DNA of 64,000 nucleotides, from positions 20,222 to 84,221 of the forward strand of contig JACPZA010000026.1 in the NCBI GenBank assembly GCA_016195715.1, in the 5' to 3' direction. The notes below the pieces were generated by a model. The model was not told the DNA's origin and did no database searches. It was given only the letters and a program-made list of their open reading frames with translations. Shown piece by piece: positions 27,724-40,800 of the stretch (positions are counted from its first letter, which is position 1; each line of letters begins with the position of its first letter). A program made the translations under genes and the position numbers. The DNA comes from Candidatus Daviesbacteria bacterium. Its GTDB lineage: Bacteria; Patescibacteriota; Microgenomatia; Daviesbacterales; UBA10151.

Positions 27724-29180
27724 ATGCAGTTAATTCCCAAGAAGTTGGTTTTGTTTCCACAGTCAATGATTTTTTGATCTATTTAGATGGGTTACCAACA
27801 ATTAGAGTTAATGACATTGTGGAAAATGAAGCTGGAGTTCGGGCTTGGATTAGTTCGATTTCAGAAAATCGAGTTCAAGCATTGTTACTTGATGAAGGAG
27901 ATGTTAAACCAGGCCAACTTTTTAAAAGACGAACTGATCCACTAAGCATAAATATTGGTGATTATTTATTATCTAGAGCCATTAATCCTTTAGGTATAGC
28001 AATTGATGGTAAAGGACTTTTTAATAGTTCTTCAAAAAACAAAGTCTATGATTTAGATAAACAAGCTCCAGGAATTAAATCACGTCAATTTATCTCCAAC
28101 CAATTTGAAACCGGAATTACTATTTTGGATATGTTAATTCCGATTGGTAAAGGCCAGCGCCAGCTTATAGTGGGTGATGCTAGATCAGGCAAAGGTAGCT
28201 TTATTATTGATATGATTGTTAATCAAAAAAATACTAACGTTGTTTGTATTTACGGCGCGATTGGCCGACCCATAAGTCATATCAGAAATGTGATTGATGT
28301 ACTAAATACTAATAAAGCTCTAGATTTTACAATTATCGTAGCTGCAGCTTCCTCTGATCCTCCCCCATTAATCTATTTAGTCCCCCAAACTGCATTCACT
28401 ATTGCAGAATATTTTCAAAAAAAAGGCAAAGATGTCTTATTGATTTTAGATGATATGGGAAATCACGCTAAAATTTATCGAGAGATCGCTTTAATTGGTA
28501 ATAAATCTCCGGGCAGAGAATCTTATCCAGGTGATATTTTTTATCAACATGCTCATCTTTTAGAAAGAGCTGGTAATTTCAAACAGTCTCAGGGTGGAGG
28601 TTCAATTACTGCACTACCTGTGATAGAGATCAATCTAAACGACTTTACAGGCTTTATACCAACTAATTTAATGGCCATGACCGATGGGCATCTATTATTT
28701 AGATCCTCACTTTATAACCAAGGTCAAAGGCCAGCTATAGACATGGGTTTATCTGTTTCTAGAGTTGGCTTGCAAACTCAAAGTGTACTGCAAAAAAGAC
28801 TGGCATCCAGAATTAAAGCAGTTTTAACTCAGGCAAATCAGCTTAGAATATTAAGCAGATTCAGTACAGAACTATCTCCTGAGTCTCAACAAATTCAAAA
28901 ACAAGGTCAGCTGATTGAAGAGTTAATTAAACAAGAAGCGCTAACTTATGTGCCCAAAGAAGTTCAAATGATTATGCTTTCTTTAGTTTTCACAGATTAT
29001 TTTAAAAATAAAGAGATAACTCTTTTTGAAGAATACAAAAGAAGATTAATCCAAGCTTTTAAAACAGATACTGATCTTAAAAAACTGACTAGTCAAGCCT
29101 ATTTAAGCAAATCATTGGAAGAATTTGATCAAGTTTTAAAATTAGTTATTCCTAAATTGGAGCTTTTATGGCAACACTAA
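27720..29180 (+). CDS. atpA: F-type ATPase alpha subunit (Walker A variant GDARSGKGS)
   Basis: [73 protein letters not shown] all match alpha-subunit signatures. Confidence 0.9.
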   Translation: [486 protein letters not shown]

Positions 29181-30001
29181 AACAGATAAATCAGGAAGTT
29201 AAAGAAGCTGAGTCGTTGCAGCTAATCACTCAAGCCTTTTCAGATATTGCCTCACTAAAGCTTAAAAAAATTAGAGCTGCGGTTGAACAAAATCGCAAAT
29301 TTTTTAATGAAGTTGCCCGAGTTTATAGGATGGTTCAGCTGGTTGCAACTCAGCAGCATAAATTCTTGAAGAAAAACAACAAAACAATCTTAATTATGCT
29401 TACTTCCAACTACCATTTTTATGGAAATTTAAATAGAGATTTAATTAATTATTTTGTCAACCAAACTAAGGTCAGCAACTACGATAAAATTGTGGTTGGT
29501 AAAACCGGCAATGATTTTTTAAAAGGTATTAATTATAACAAAAGCTATCAAAGTATAATTTTTAAACAAGATCTACCAAATGATTTAGAACTTAAAGATT
29601 TAGTTCTAAGAATCAAAGATTACCAGCGAATTCTAGTCCTATATTCTCAAGTTAAGACATTGCTTTCTCAAATCCCATCAATTCAAGATATAACTGAAAC
29701 CCCATTGCCACAAAATTTACCTAAAGAGCCATTAAGTTTTATTTTTGAGCCAGAAATTGAGAAAGTCCTGCAATTTTTTGATGGTCAAATTACCAGTTTA
29801 ATCTTAGAACAGTTATTTTTTGAGTCAGAACTATCCAGAATTGCGGCTAGACTCATCTCAATGTCCGAGGCAGAGTCAAATGCGGAAGGTATTTTGAAAT
29901 CAAAAAAACGTTTATTATCTGTTGCCAAAAAGAATTTAGACAATACTAGATATCAACAGAATCTAAAGAAAAATGAAGAGCTGATTAATCTGTTAAATTA
30001 G
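29168..30001 (+). CDS. atpG: F-type ATPase gamma subunit
   Basis: N-terminal MATLKQINQEVKEAESLQLITQAFSDIASLKLKKI and C-terminal helix resemble gamma; sits between alpha and beta. Confidence 0.7.
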   Translation: MATLKQINQEVKEAESLQLITQAFSDIASLKLKKIRAAVEQNRKFFNEVARVYRMVQLVATQQHKFLKKNNKTILIMLTSNYHFYGNLNRDLINYFVNQTKVSNYDKIVVGKTGNDFLKGINYNKSYQSIIFKQDLPNDLELKDLVLRIKDYQRILVLYSQVKTLLSQIPSIQDITETPLPQNLPKEPLSFIFEPEIEKVLQFFDGQITSLILEQLFFESELSRIAARLISMSEAESNAEGILKSKKRLLSVAKKNLDNTRYQQNLKKNEELINLLN

Positions 30002-30004
30002 TAA

Positions 30005-31384
<1,380 letters not shown>

Positions 31385-31391
31385 AAATAAT

Positions 31392-31679
31392 ATGACTACA
31401 AATCTATCTAATTCACTTTATGTGCGCATACTTTCTCCAAAACAAGTTTTTTTTACAGGTCAAGCTGATTCAGTTAGTTCAACTAATTCATCAGGTAAAT
31501 TTGATTTTTTGCCAGCTCACTCTAACTTTATCAGTTTTATAGAAAACTCCCCAATTATTGTCAGAGCTAAAGATAAACCTGAGCAAAGTTTTAACTTTCC
31601 ATTTGCCATAATTTATACTGTCAATAACATTGTTAATGTCTATACTGACATCCAATTGACTCTAACTCCTAAAAAATAA
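31392..31679 (+). CDS. atpC: F-type ATPase epsilon subunit-like (N-terminal beta-sandwich only)
   Basis: YVRILSPKQVFFTGQADSVSSTNSSGKFDFLPAHSNFIS matches the epsilon pattern; the start is more likely the ATG at 31392 than the ORF-track start at 31323. Confidence 0.6.
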   Translation: MTTNLSNSLYVRILSPKQVFFTGQADSVSSTNSSGKFDFLPAHSNFISFIENSPIIVRAKDKPEQSFNFPFAIIYTVNNIVNVYTDIQLTLTPKK

Positions 31680-31699
31680 TCATTTCTATTTTGTTGAAA

Positions 31700-31850
31700 A
31701 ATCTATGCAGATACTTGTTTAGACTATTCTAATAGTCTAATTAACCGAGTAATATTGTTATTCTTTTACTCTTAAAAAACCTTGACAAATCTATGCAAAT
31801 CTAGATATGCTAGATATAAGCTTCTATATAATATTAAGCTGCATAGATTT
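31700..31850 (+). promoter_or_regulatory. Promoter/operator-like region upstream of the giant HTH gene, with repeated ATCTATGCA motifs and tandem CTAGATAT
   Basis: ATCTATGCA at ~31704 and ~31790 (direct) and TGCATAGAT at ~31841 (inverted); TTGACA at 31782-31787; tctagatatgctagatat tandem repeat containing a palindromic TCTAGA. Confidence 0.4.
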
Positions 31851-31853
31851 TAA

Positions 31854-34800
31854 ATGAATACTACACTGCCTAATAATACTTCAAAAAAATTCATAAAGAT
31901 CGGTGAAGCTTCAAAGCTCCTAGGAGTCCACATTGATACTTTGCGAAGATGGGAAGCAAAAGGAAAAATTAAATCGATCAGAACCCCAGGTAGAACTAGA
32001 CTTTACTCTTTTGACCAGATCAAACAGGTCAATCAAGAATCTTTGGCTGAAACAAATCCCCTAACTTTAAACACAGAGCAGTTACTTGATAGAGCTGAAA
32101 GTCAGCCTGAGGTTACAAAAGACTATGATCGAGAAATCCCAGCTGATTTAGATAAATCTAATCAATTGGATCAAATATCACAAAATATATCAAATAACAG
32201 CATCAAACCCACTTTAATCTCAGAAGTGCTGTTTGCTTGTCTAATTTTATTAAGCTTAAGTTCCTACTTTGTGCTTAAGGAGGTAAATGGCCAAAGATCT
32301 TTGATTTTAGGCTTAAAGCAAACTCAAGAAAAGATTGCTAATTTAATTTTTCCCTCTCATTCCTCTAGTCCCATTTCTAAAGATGCAGGGCTAATTGGTT
32401 TAAACCCTAATCTGGTAGCAAGTAAAAATGATCTTAATAAAGGTGCTGTTTTAGCAGCATCAGCTAGCGCTAATTTTTTAGAGTTAAACTCAGACAGCGT
32501 GATTAATGGCAGTTTAGCTGTCAGTTCTGATGCCACTTTTTCTGGTAAAATTACTGCTCCGAATGTTATTTATGGCTTAACTCCAGGTAGTAATATTACT
32601 ATCACACAAGGTCAAAACCCCACAATCTCTGTCAGCTCAATTGTCAGCTCGCTTCAAGGAAGCACCGGAGCAATTAGCTTAGTTGCAGGTACTGATATCT
32701 CAATTTCTGGTTTAACCATCTCTAACTCTTCTACTTTAAGTTCCACTAGAGGTAGAGGTGGCTGTGATAGCTGTATTAAAGACAGCGATGTTGATAACGG
32801 CTTAACTATTTCTTCTTCTGGCTCAGTTGATGCTGGAGCTTTAACTGGAACAATTGCTTCAGGCAGAATCTCTGGATCGTACACTGGAATCACTGGGGTT
32901 GGGACAATTGCAACTGGAGTTTGGAATGGAACAGTCATTGGTCCAACATTTGGCGGGACTGGACTTACTTCTTTTACCACAGGTGATACTTTATATGCAT
33001 CAGCAACTAATACTTTATCAAAATTGGGAATTGGCACGAGTGGTCAAGTTTTAACAGTTTCTTCAGGAATTCCAGCTTGGACAACAATTGGAGCAAGTTC
33101 TTGTCCGACATGTGTACTTACCAATCCCTCATCCTCTCAAACAATTACTAATGCTAGTTCAACTGGCTTTACTATAACTCAAGCATCTACAGCTGGCTCA
33201 GCTGATATTTTTGATGTCACCAATAATGCCGGTACAACAAAGTATCTGCAGATTGATAGCTCTGGAAATGCCAGTTTTGCAGGGACTGTCACCTCTAGCT
33301 CTACACTAACTGCTTCGAATGGTTTAACCCAAACTACTGGAGCATTAACTTTAACCGCAACGTCTGGAACTCTAACTTTATCTGGGTTATCTGCTTCATC
33401 AATAAGTTTTGGATCGAATAATGTTACTTTCACTTCAGGTAATTTTAACACCACCTCAACTGGCATTAACTCAACTGCAGTTGGTGCAACAACTGCCTCA
33501 ACTGGTGCTTTTACTACCCTTTCTGCAACGCCTGGATCAGATACCACTGGATTAACTGTAACTGGAACAAATGTCACTTCAGCAAACTTAGTTTTATTAT
33601 CTGCTAAAAATACCTCAGGCAATATTTTGGCAATCTCTTATCCCTCAGCCGCCACTTTAGCTACATCTGGAACATTTAATGCCCTGGATTTTGATATTAG
33701 AACAAATGTTACAGCTACAAATGCTAATATTTCAGGTGTTACTGTCAAACTTCCAAGTGTTACAGTGAGTTCAGCTTCAACTAAGAATATTCTTGGGTGG
33801 AATTCTAATAACACAACCCAAACCCTGACAACTAGTAACGCTAGCGCTGTTGGAAGCTATATTGGCTATTATGCCAGTAACCCTGCCATTGTCGGTACAT
33901 CTGGTAGCGCCTCAAGCTATGGCTTTAATGCTCTTACTGGTACAATTACTACCACTGGAACTCAAGCAGGATTTTTTGCTGATTTAACAAGTTCAACAGT
34001 CACAACAGCTGGGACTGTTTATGGGTTACTGGTTAACCCACCAACTACCACCTCAGCTGGTGGAACTTATTATGGTGCTAGTATTGGCAATATAACCACT
34101 TCTAATGGAACAGATACAGCTATTAGTATTGGAACAGGTTGGGATGCTGATTTAGCTTTTGTCAGTACTGCACCCAAAATTACCATTGGTAATACTGGTA
34201 CCCTATCTTTTACAGATGGGACTAATACACTGTGTAGCATTGCTGATGCTGGAACCACTGGTAATTTAACTTGTTCTGGAAATATTACTGGTGCAAGTAC
34301 TGGTACTGTTGGTTATTGGTCTAGGTCTGGTACTACTCTGTCTCCTGCTACTTCTGGTGATGCTGTTACTACTTCTGGTAATATCTCCACCTCAGGATCT
34401 GGAACTATTACCTCTGCTTCAACTTTAACTGCTTCTAATGGTTTAACTCTCACTACTGGAGCATTATCTTTAACTGCCACTTCTGGTTCTATTGCTCTAA
34501 CAGGATTTGGTACTACATCAATTACCTCTACCACCACAACAGGTAATATCAATACCTTAGCTGATTCTTCCTTTGCAGTAGCTGCTGCAGCCACAGGTAA
34601 TTTAGTTAATTTAACATTTACTAATGGTTCTACCTCTACCTCTGGCACAGCAACCACCACTGGTTTAAACATTGCAGCCACAAACAATGCTGCTGGTGCT
34701 TCTGGAACTCATGAAACTTATGGCATCAGGTTACAAAATATTGCTGGAACTGCTGGAGCTGGCACACAAAATAACTATGGAGTGAGAATTGGTAATTATG

Positions 34801-37800
34801 GGCAATCAAGTGCAGAGACCTCTTATGGATTATATGTTGATGCCCAATCAGGTTCTGGCACAGCTAATTATGCAGCTATCTTTGCTGGAGGGAATGTTGG
34901 GATAGGTACTACAGCACCTGGTGCCCAGTTAGATATCTTAGCTGCTGCTTCAACTAAAGGCATAAGAGCCCAGAGTAGTGCTGCTTCTGCTAGTTCTGGA
35001 AATGGAGCTGCTGCTCAGAATATTTTAGATGTTTTGGGAGCAACTGGCCAGGAAACAACTGGGACAACAGGTCAAACAGCTGGGGCTGGTGGATCAATCT
35101 TCCTAACTGGAGGACTAGGAGGACAAGCTTCTGGAGCATCAGGATCAAATACTGGAGGACTAGGAGGACAAGTAAGTATAGATGGTGGAGCTGGAGGAGC
35201 TGCTACTAGTGGCACAAGTGGAGCTGGAGGAGGTGTAACAATTGGTGGTGGTAATTCTGATAGTAGTGGTGGGGCTGGAGGAGCTATTAGCATTTCTGGA
35301 GGTTTAGGGCATGGAGCTCAAAATGGTGGGGGTGTTAATATTGTCTCAGGGGATGCCAATGACACAGGTAATGGAGGGTCAATTACTATTACTTCTGGTC
35401 TTGGTGGAGGAACTTCTGGGAATTCTGGCACACTAACTTTAGATACAGGGACTGTTACCTCTGGGACTGTTGGGTCAGTGGTTATTAATACTGGGGGGGT
35501 TCAAGCAGCAGCTTTTAACTCCTCTCAGAACTTAACTTTAAATGGCACAACTATCACAGCCTCTTCCTTAACTACATTAACCACTTCTTCCTCCTTAGCT
35601 TTAAATGGAGCTTCAACTATTACTACCAACCAAGCTTCTTTAACCTTATTTAATGCTACTGCTACTACAGTTAGTGCCTTTGGTGCTGCTACTACTTTAT
35701 CTATGGCTACCTCAAATACAGCTAGTACACTTAATTTAGTGACTGGGACTGGTGGTAATACTATTAATATAGGTTCTGGAACCATTGCTACAGGCAATAC
35801 CCAAACTATTCACTTAGGAGATGCTGCTACAGGTACTGGAAAAGATGTTATCACTATTGGTAATACAAATGGAGCTTCCTCTCTAGCTTTAAATGCAGGT
35901 TCTGGGGGAATAACCCTAACTAATGCTACCACCACTGCTACTACCTTTGCCTCTACTACTACTAATGCTGATAAAATTGCTATTGCTCCCTCAACTGGTG
36001 GGTCAAATTCCTTTACTGCTACTATCTCTTCAGCAGATTTAACAGTAGGAAATCAAACTTTTAACTTCCCAGATCTAGCAGCTGCTACCTCTGCTACTAT
36101 CTGTGTCTCTGGTCAAACCTGTGCATCCTCTGGAACTTTGGGTTATTGGTCTAGGTCTGGTACTACTCTGTCTCCTGCTACAGCAAATGATATAGTTTCC
36201 ATTGCTAACACCACAACCTCAGGAGCAGATTTAGCAGTAACTAACACTGGAATATACACAGGTACTGGACTTGTTAATATCACAGCTAACTCTGCAACAA
36301 CTGGTGATATACTGGCACTCTCTGCTACTGCTTTAACTTCTGGTTCTGAATTGGTTATTACAGGTCCATCTGGTGGGACTGCTGGGGTCACAGATGCTGC
36401 TATTAAACTAACCTCAGATGTTGGTAATATTGGAACATCTAATGGGCTAATATCATCTGCTGCTACTATTGATTCCACTGCAGCTTCTGCTAATGGGATT
36501 AATTTATATTTAACAACCACTAACTCTAATGGGACTAATGCTAACACAGCTTATGGGATATATAACAGCCTGTCTGATGCTATAGCTTTAGGTAATACTA
36601 ATTATGGAATATATAACAATTTATCCAATACTGGGGTAACTTCTTCTAATAAAACAATCTATGGAAATTACTCAACAGTAGCCAATACAGGAGCTACGGG
36701 CGGAACACAAACTACTTATGGTGGTTATTTCTTATCAGATGGAGATAAAGGAGGAACCTCAACAGTTTACGGAGTATACGCACGAGCTGGTAAATATAAT
36801 GGCGCAGGTGGAGGAGATAATAACTATGGAGGCTATTTTGAAGGTTATAATGACTCTGGTACTGGAACTAGTTTATATGGTACATATTCATATGGTCTTG
36901 TTGGTTCAGGTAATGTTCCGAATATATATGGAGCTTATAATTTTGGCAGTTTTGTAGGTTCGGGTGGTAGTGGATCCTCCATGTATGGTGCTTATAATAA
37001 GACTACAAATGATTCAGCTAATTCATTTGGCACAGCATATGGCTCATACAACACCGTAACTGATGGTGGAGCATCAAATATTACAACTGCTTATGCCTCA
37101 TATAACTTAATTGATAATCAAGTTAGTAGTACATACACTACTGCTTACGGCAGTTATATCGGTGTAACATCTAGTGGCACTATTACTACTGGTTATGGAT
37201 TGTATATTAATACAATAGCAGGTTCGACCAATTATGGCCTTTATCAGGCTAGTTCTACTAATAACAATTATTTTGCAGGTAATGTTGGGATTGGAACTGA
37301 CACTACTCCAACTGAAGGGACTTTAACTTTAGCTAGCACTTCTAATACGGTACCAGTGGTTTCTTTAACCAACAACACTGTCACCACATTGGGTGCTGGT
37401 GTTAATACTACTGGTGTATTAGATCTACAATCTACTACTCTAACAACTGGGAACTTTTTGAATATAGAGACAAATGCTTTAACTACTGGTAAAACTGTTA
37501 ATACTACCTCTACTTCTAATGCCTATACTTCAGGTAATTTACTTTATACTGACTTAACTCAATCAGCTGCTACAGGCACTTCTGTCTCTGGCAATATTGG
37601 TTCTATTAGCTTTAATCCAACCTATTCTACTGCTATCACCACTCCTGCTATCTCAGGTAATGTCTTAAATATTGCTAGATCTTCTACTACCAATTCCAGT
37701 TTTGCTTCCACTTTAACAGTTTCTGGAGCAGTTGCTTCAATCTCTGATACCTCTACCCAAACTACTGGCACTTTAACCAATACAGCTAATGTTCTAGCTT

Positions 37801-40800
37801 TAACCCAAAACTACTCCTCTGCTACTGGTAATGTCTTAAGCATTGCTGATTCTGCTACTCATGCTAGTGGAGGTAGTTCTTTGCTTGTTACTGCTAATGC
37901 TTTAACTACAGGTACTGGGGTATCTATTACTTCATCTTCCCTAACCTCTGGTAAGTTAGTCAGTATAACTCCTACCTTTGCTGGATCAGCTGTCACAGGG
38001 TATGGATTATACAATGCTGGAACTGATTCTACAGCTAATGCTAATATAGATTATGGTTATTATGGATCTTTAGCTCTAACAGGTAATGCTGGGAAAACTG
38101 GTTATGGAATCTATTCTACTATTACTAATACCTCAACTACTGCTGCCACTCAATATGCTGGATACTTTAATCTCTCTAATACAGGAGTAGTCACAGCTAC
38201 AGGTGATAATAACTATGGAATATATTCCAGTGCTACCAGAACTGGTTCTACTACAGCAGGGACTACTAATACCTATGGAGGTTACTTTACTACTACTGCA
38301 GATGCTGGTGGAGCATCTACTACTAATGCTTATGGTATCTATGCTACAGCTACTGGTGGGGATAATAATTATGCTGGATATTTTGATGTTGCTAATACTG
38401 GACAGGTATATATAAACTCCACTCTGTCTGGTGGAGCCAGGTCTGTTCCCCAGATGACTATCACTCAAGCCAACGCAGGTAATAGTTCTTCTTCTAATCT
38501 ATTAGAGCTAATTAATTTAGATCAAGATACTGCTCCTGCTCCTTTAGATATAGACAATAGAGCAACATTGCCAACATTTATTAATTTACATAGTAATGCA
38601 GCAGTAGCACTGAGTGGTAGTAGTGCAACCGGCATTAATGTAGATTTAAAAAGTAATTATAGTATAAGCAACGCTACAACTGGCGTTGTGGCATATCAAG
38701 GCACATTACCAAGCAATACTAGTACTTGTTCTGGGTGTACTTTTACTTACCAAGGATTGGAGGTTAGCCAAACTACTCTCTCTCAATCAACTAACGCCTC
38801 AACTCATAACTCTAATTTAGTAGATCTAACCTTACCTAATATTACTCAAACTACAGGTACTATTACTGCTAATGGAGTGCTGGCTACAAATGGTACAATC
38901 ACCACTGCTGGAACTGAGAATTCATTTAAAGGAGTCTTGGGAACTATTACCACTGCTGGTACTCAAAATGGAGTAAATATTGATTTTTCAGGATCCACTA
39001 TAACCACAGCTGGAACTGTTAATGGAGTACTGCTTACCCCACCCACCACCACTTCAACTGGTGGAACTTATAATGGGATAAATATTGGTAATATAACCAC
39101 TTCTAATGGAACAGATACTGCTATTAGTATTGGAACCGGTTGGGATACAGGAATATTAGGAGCAGGTGCACTAACTATTAAGTCAACCTCAGGTGACTTA
39201 GGATTATCAACTGTTACTTCTGGTAATATTACCCTAGCTCCTGCTTCAACAGGTTCTGTTCAGTTAACCTCTGGGGTAACAACTGGAACCACTACATCAT
39301 CAGCTCTTTCCATAGTAGCTAACTCTTTAAGTTCAGGTACTGGTTTCAATATCTCATCTTCTGCTAACAGCCTTACTGGCTCATTAACTAATATTTCTTC
39401 AACTGGTACAACCGCTGGAATCAATGCCAACTCTGCTGGTGGTTCTACTGGAACAGCTCAAGCTATTAGTGTTAGCAATCTAGCTGCTGATGCCAGTAAC
39501 TTCTCTGCTGCTACCTCTATTACTTTTACCAACGTTTCATCTAATACCACTGGTACCAGTGCTGTTAGTGGTTATACCATCATAGGAACCATTAATGCCA
39601 CAGGCGCAAGTGGAGCAAAGACCGCATCAGGAACTTCTGTTGTAGCCCCAACCCTTACTGGTTGTGGATCTGGGACTTCAACCTGTACCTGGAATGGTGT
39701 TGGTTCAAGCTTAACAAATTTGGGAGGAGGCTTTGGTGGATTTACTGAAAATGCCTTTAATGTCAACTCAGCTACTGCTACTTCAGGAACTATTCGAGGT
39801 ATTAATCTTGTTGGCATAGGCTCACCAGGTGCTGGTACTGAAATTGCAATTAACGCTAGTGCTGGCTGGGATACTATTTTAAATGTTGCTGGTGCCTTTA
39901 CCCAAGCTGCCTCTAGTACTGACACTGGAGTCAGCCTGGATTTTTCTAGCATGACTGCTGCTGTGGGTAGTGCTACCAACTTAACTGGAACTACTTTCTT
40001 AACTCCAGCTATCACTGAAACTGGTAACTTTGCTCATACCTATCTTGGCTATGATATTCCAACTACTGGAAATATTATCAATCAAGGAACTTCTACTTTT
40101 GCTTTTACAGGATATGATTTATCGGGTTCTGGAACTGTGACTCAAAACACCGCAGCTGGAACCATTAATTGGCGAGGGGTAAATATTAATCTCCCCGCTA
40201 TTACTCAAACAACAGGAACCATCACAGCGGATGGAGTTAGAGTGTTAATACCAGCTACAGGTTCTATAACTACAGGTGGTACGATGAATGGTATAAATGT
40301 GGTTGCCCCAACCACAAATTCAAATGCTGCTGGAACCCTAAATGGAGTTAATATTGCCAACTTAACTGTAGGAACTGGTGGAACTGGTAATAATGCTTTA
40401 ACTATTGGCTCTGGTTGGGGTAAACAGATTAATGGAAATCAGTTTAGTGTTGATGGCTCTGGAATTTTAACACTAGATTTAGCAACCACTAGCTCAAATG
40501 GAGTTTGTCACACCAACTCAGGAACTGGCACAGCTGAGGTCTTGCTTGATTGTACTGGTACTATTACAGACTATGCTGAGGTTTATGCTACAACTGGCAA
40601 CAGTGAGCCTGGAGATATACTAGCAACCACTGATCAGCCTCTAGTTTTAGACAAATCTAACTCTTCTTACCAACAAAATATAATTGGGGCAATCTCTACT
40701 AATCCAAATGATCCAATTGGACAAACTTTTGCTACTAACCAAAACCCACAACCTATTGGCCTGTCTGGACGTATTCCTATTAAAGTCAGTTTAGAAAATG

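Noticed and set aside
32654-40015. Multiple minus-strand ORFs (32654-33037, 33179-33622, 34313-34687, 35072-35293, 35525-35797, 36143-36547, 39572-40015) and small plus-strand ORFs (32854-33054, 36718-36957, 38203-38415) inside the giant gene
   Set aside because: They lie entirely within the 10-kb giant CDS. Their V/P/A/E-rich translations are what the antisense strand of a Thr/Gly/Ser-rich low-complexity gene produces. They have no RBS or motifs.
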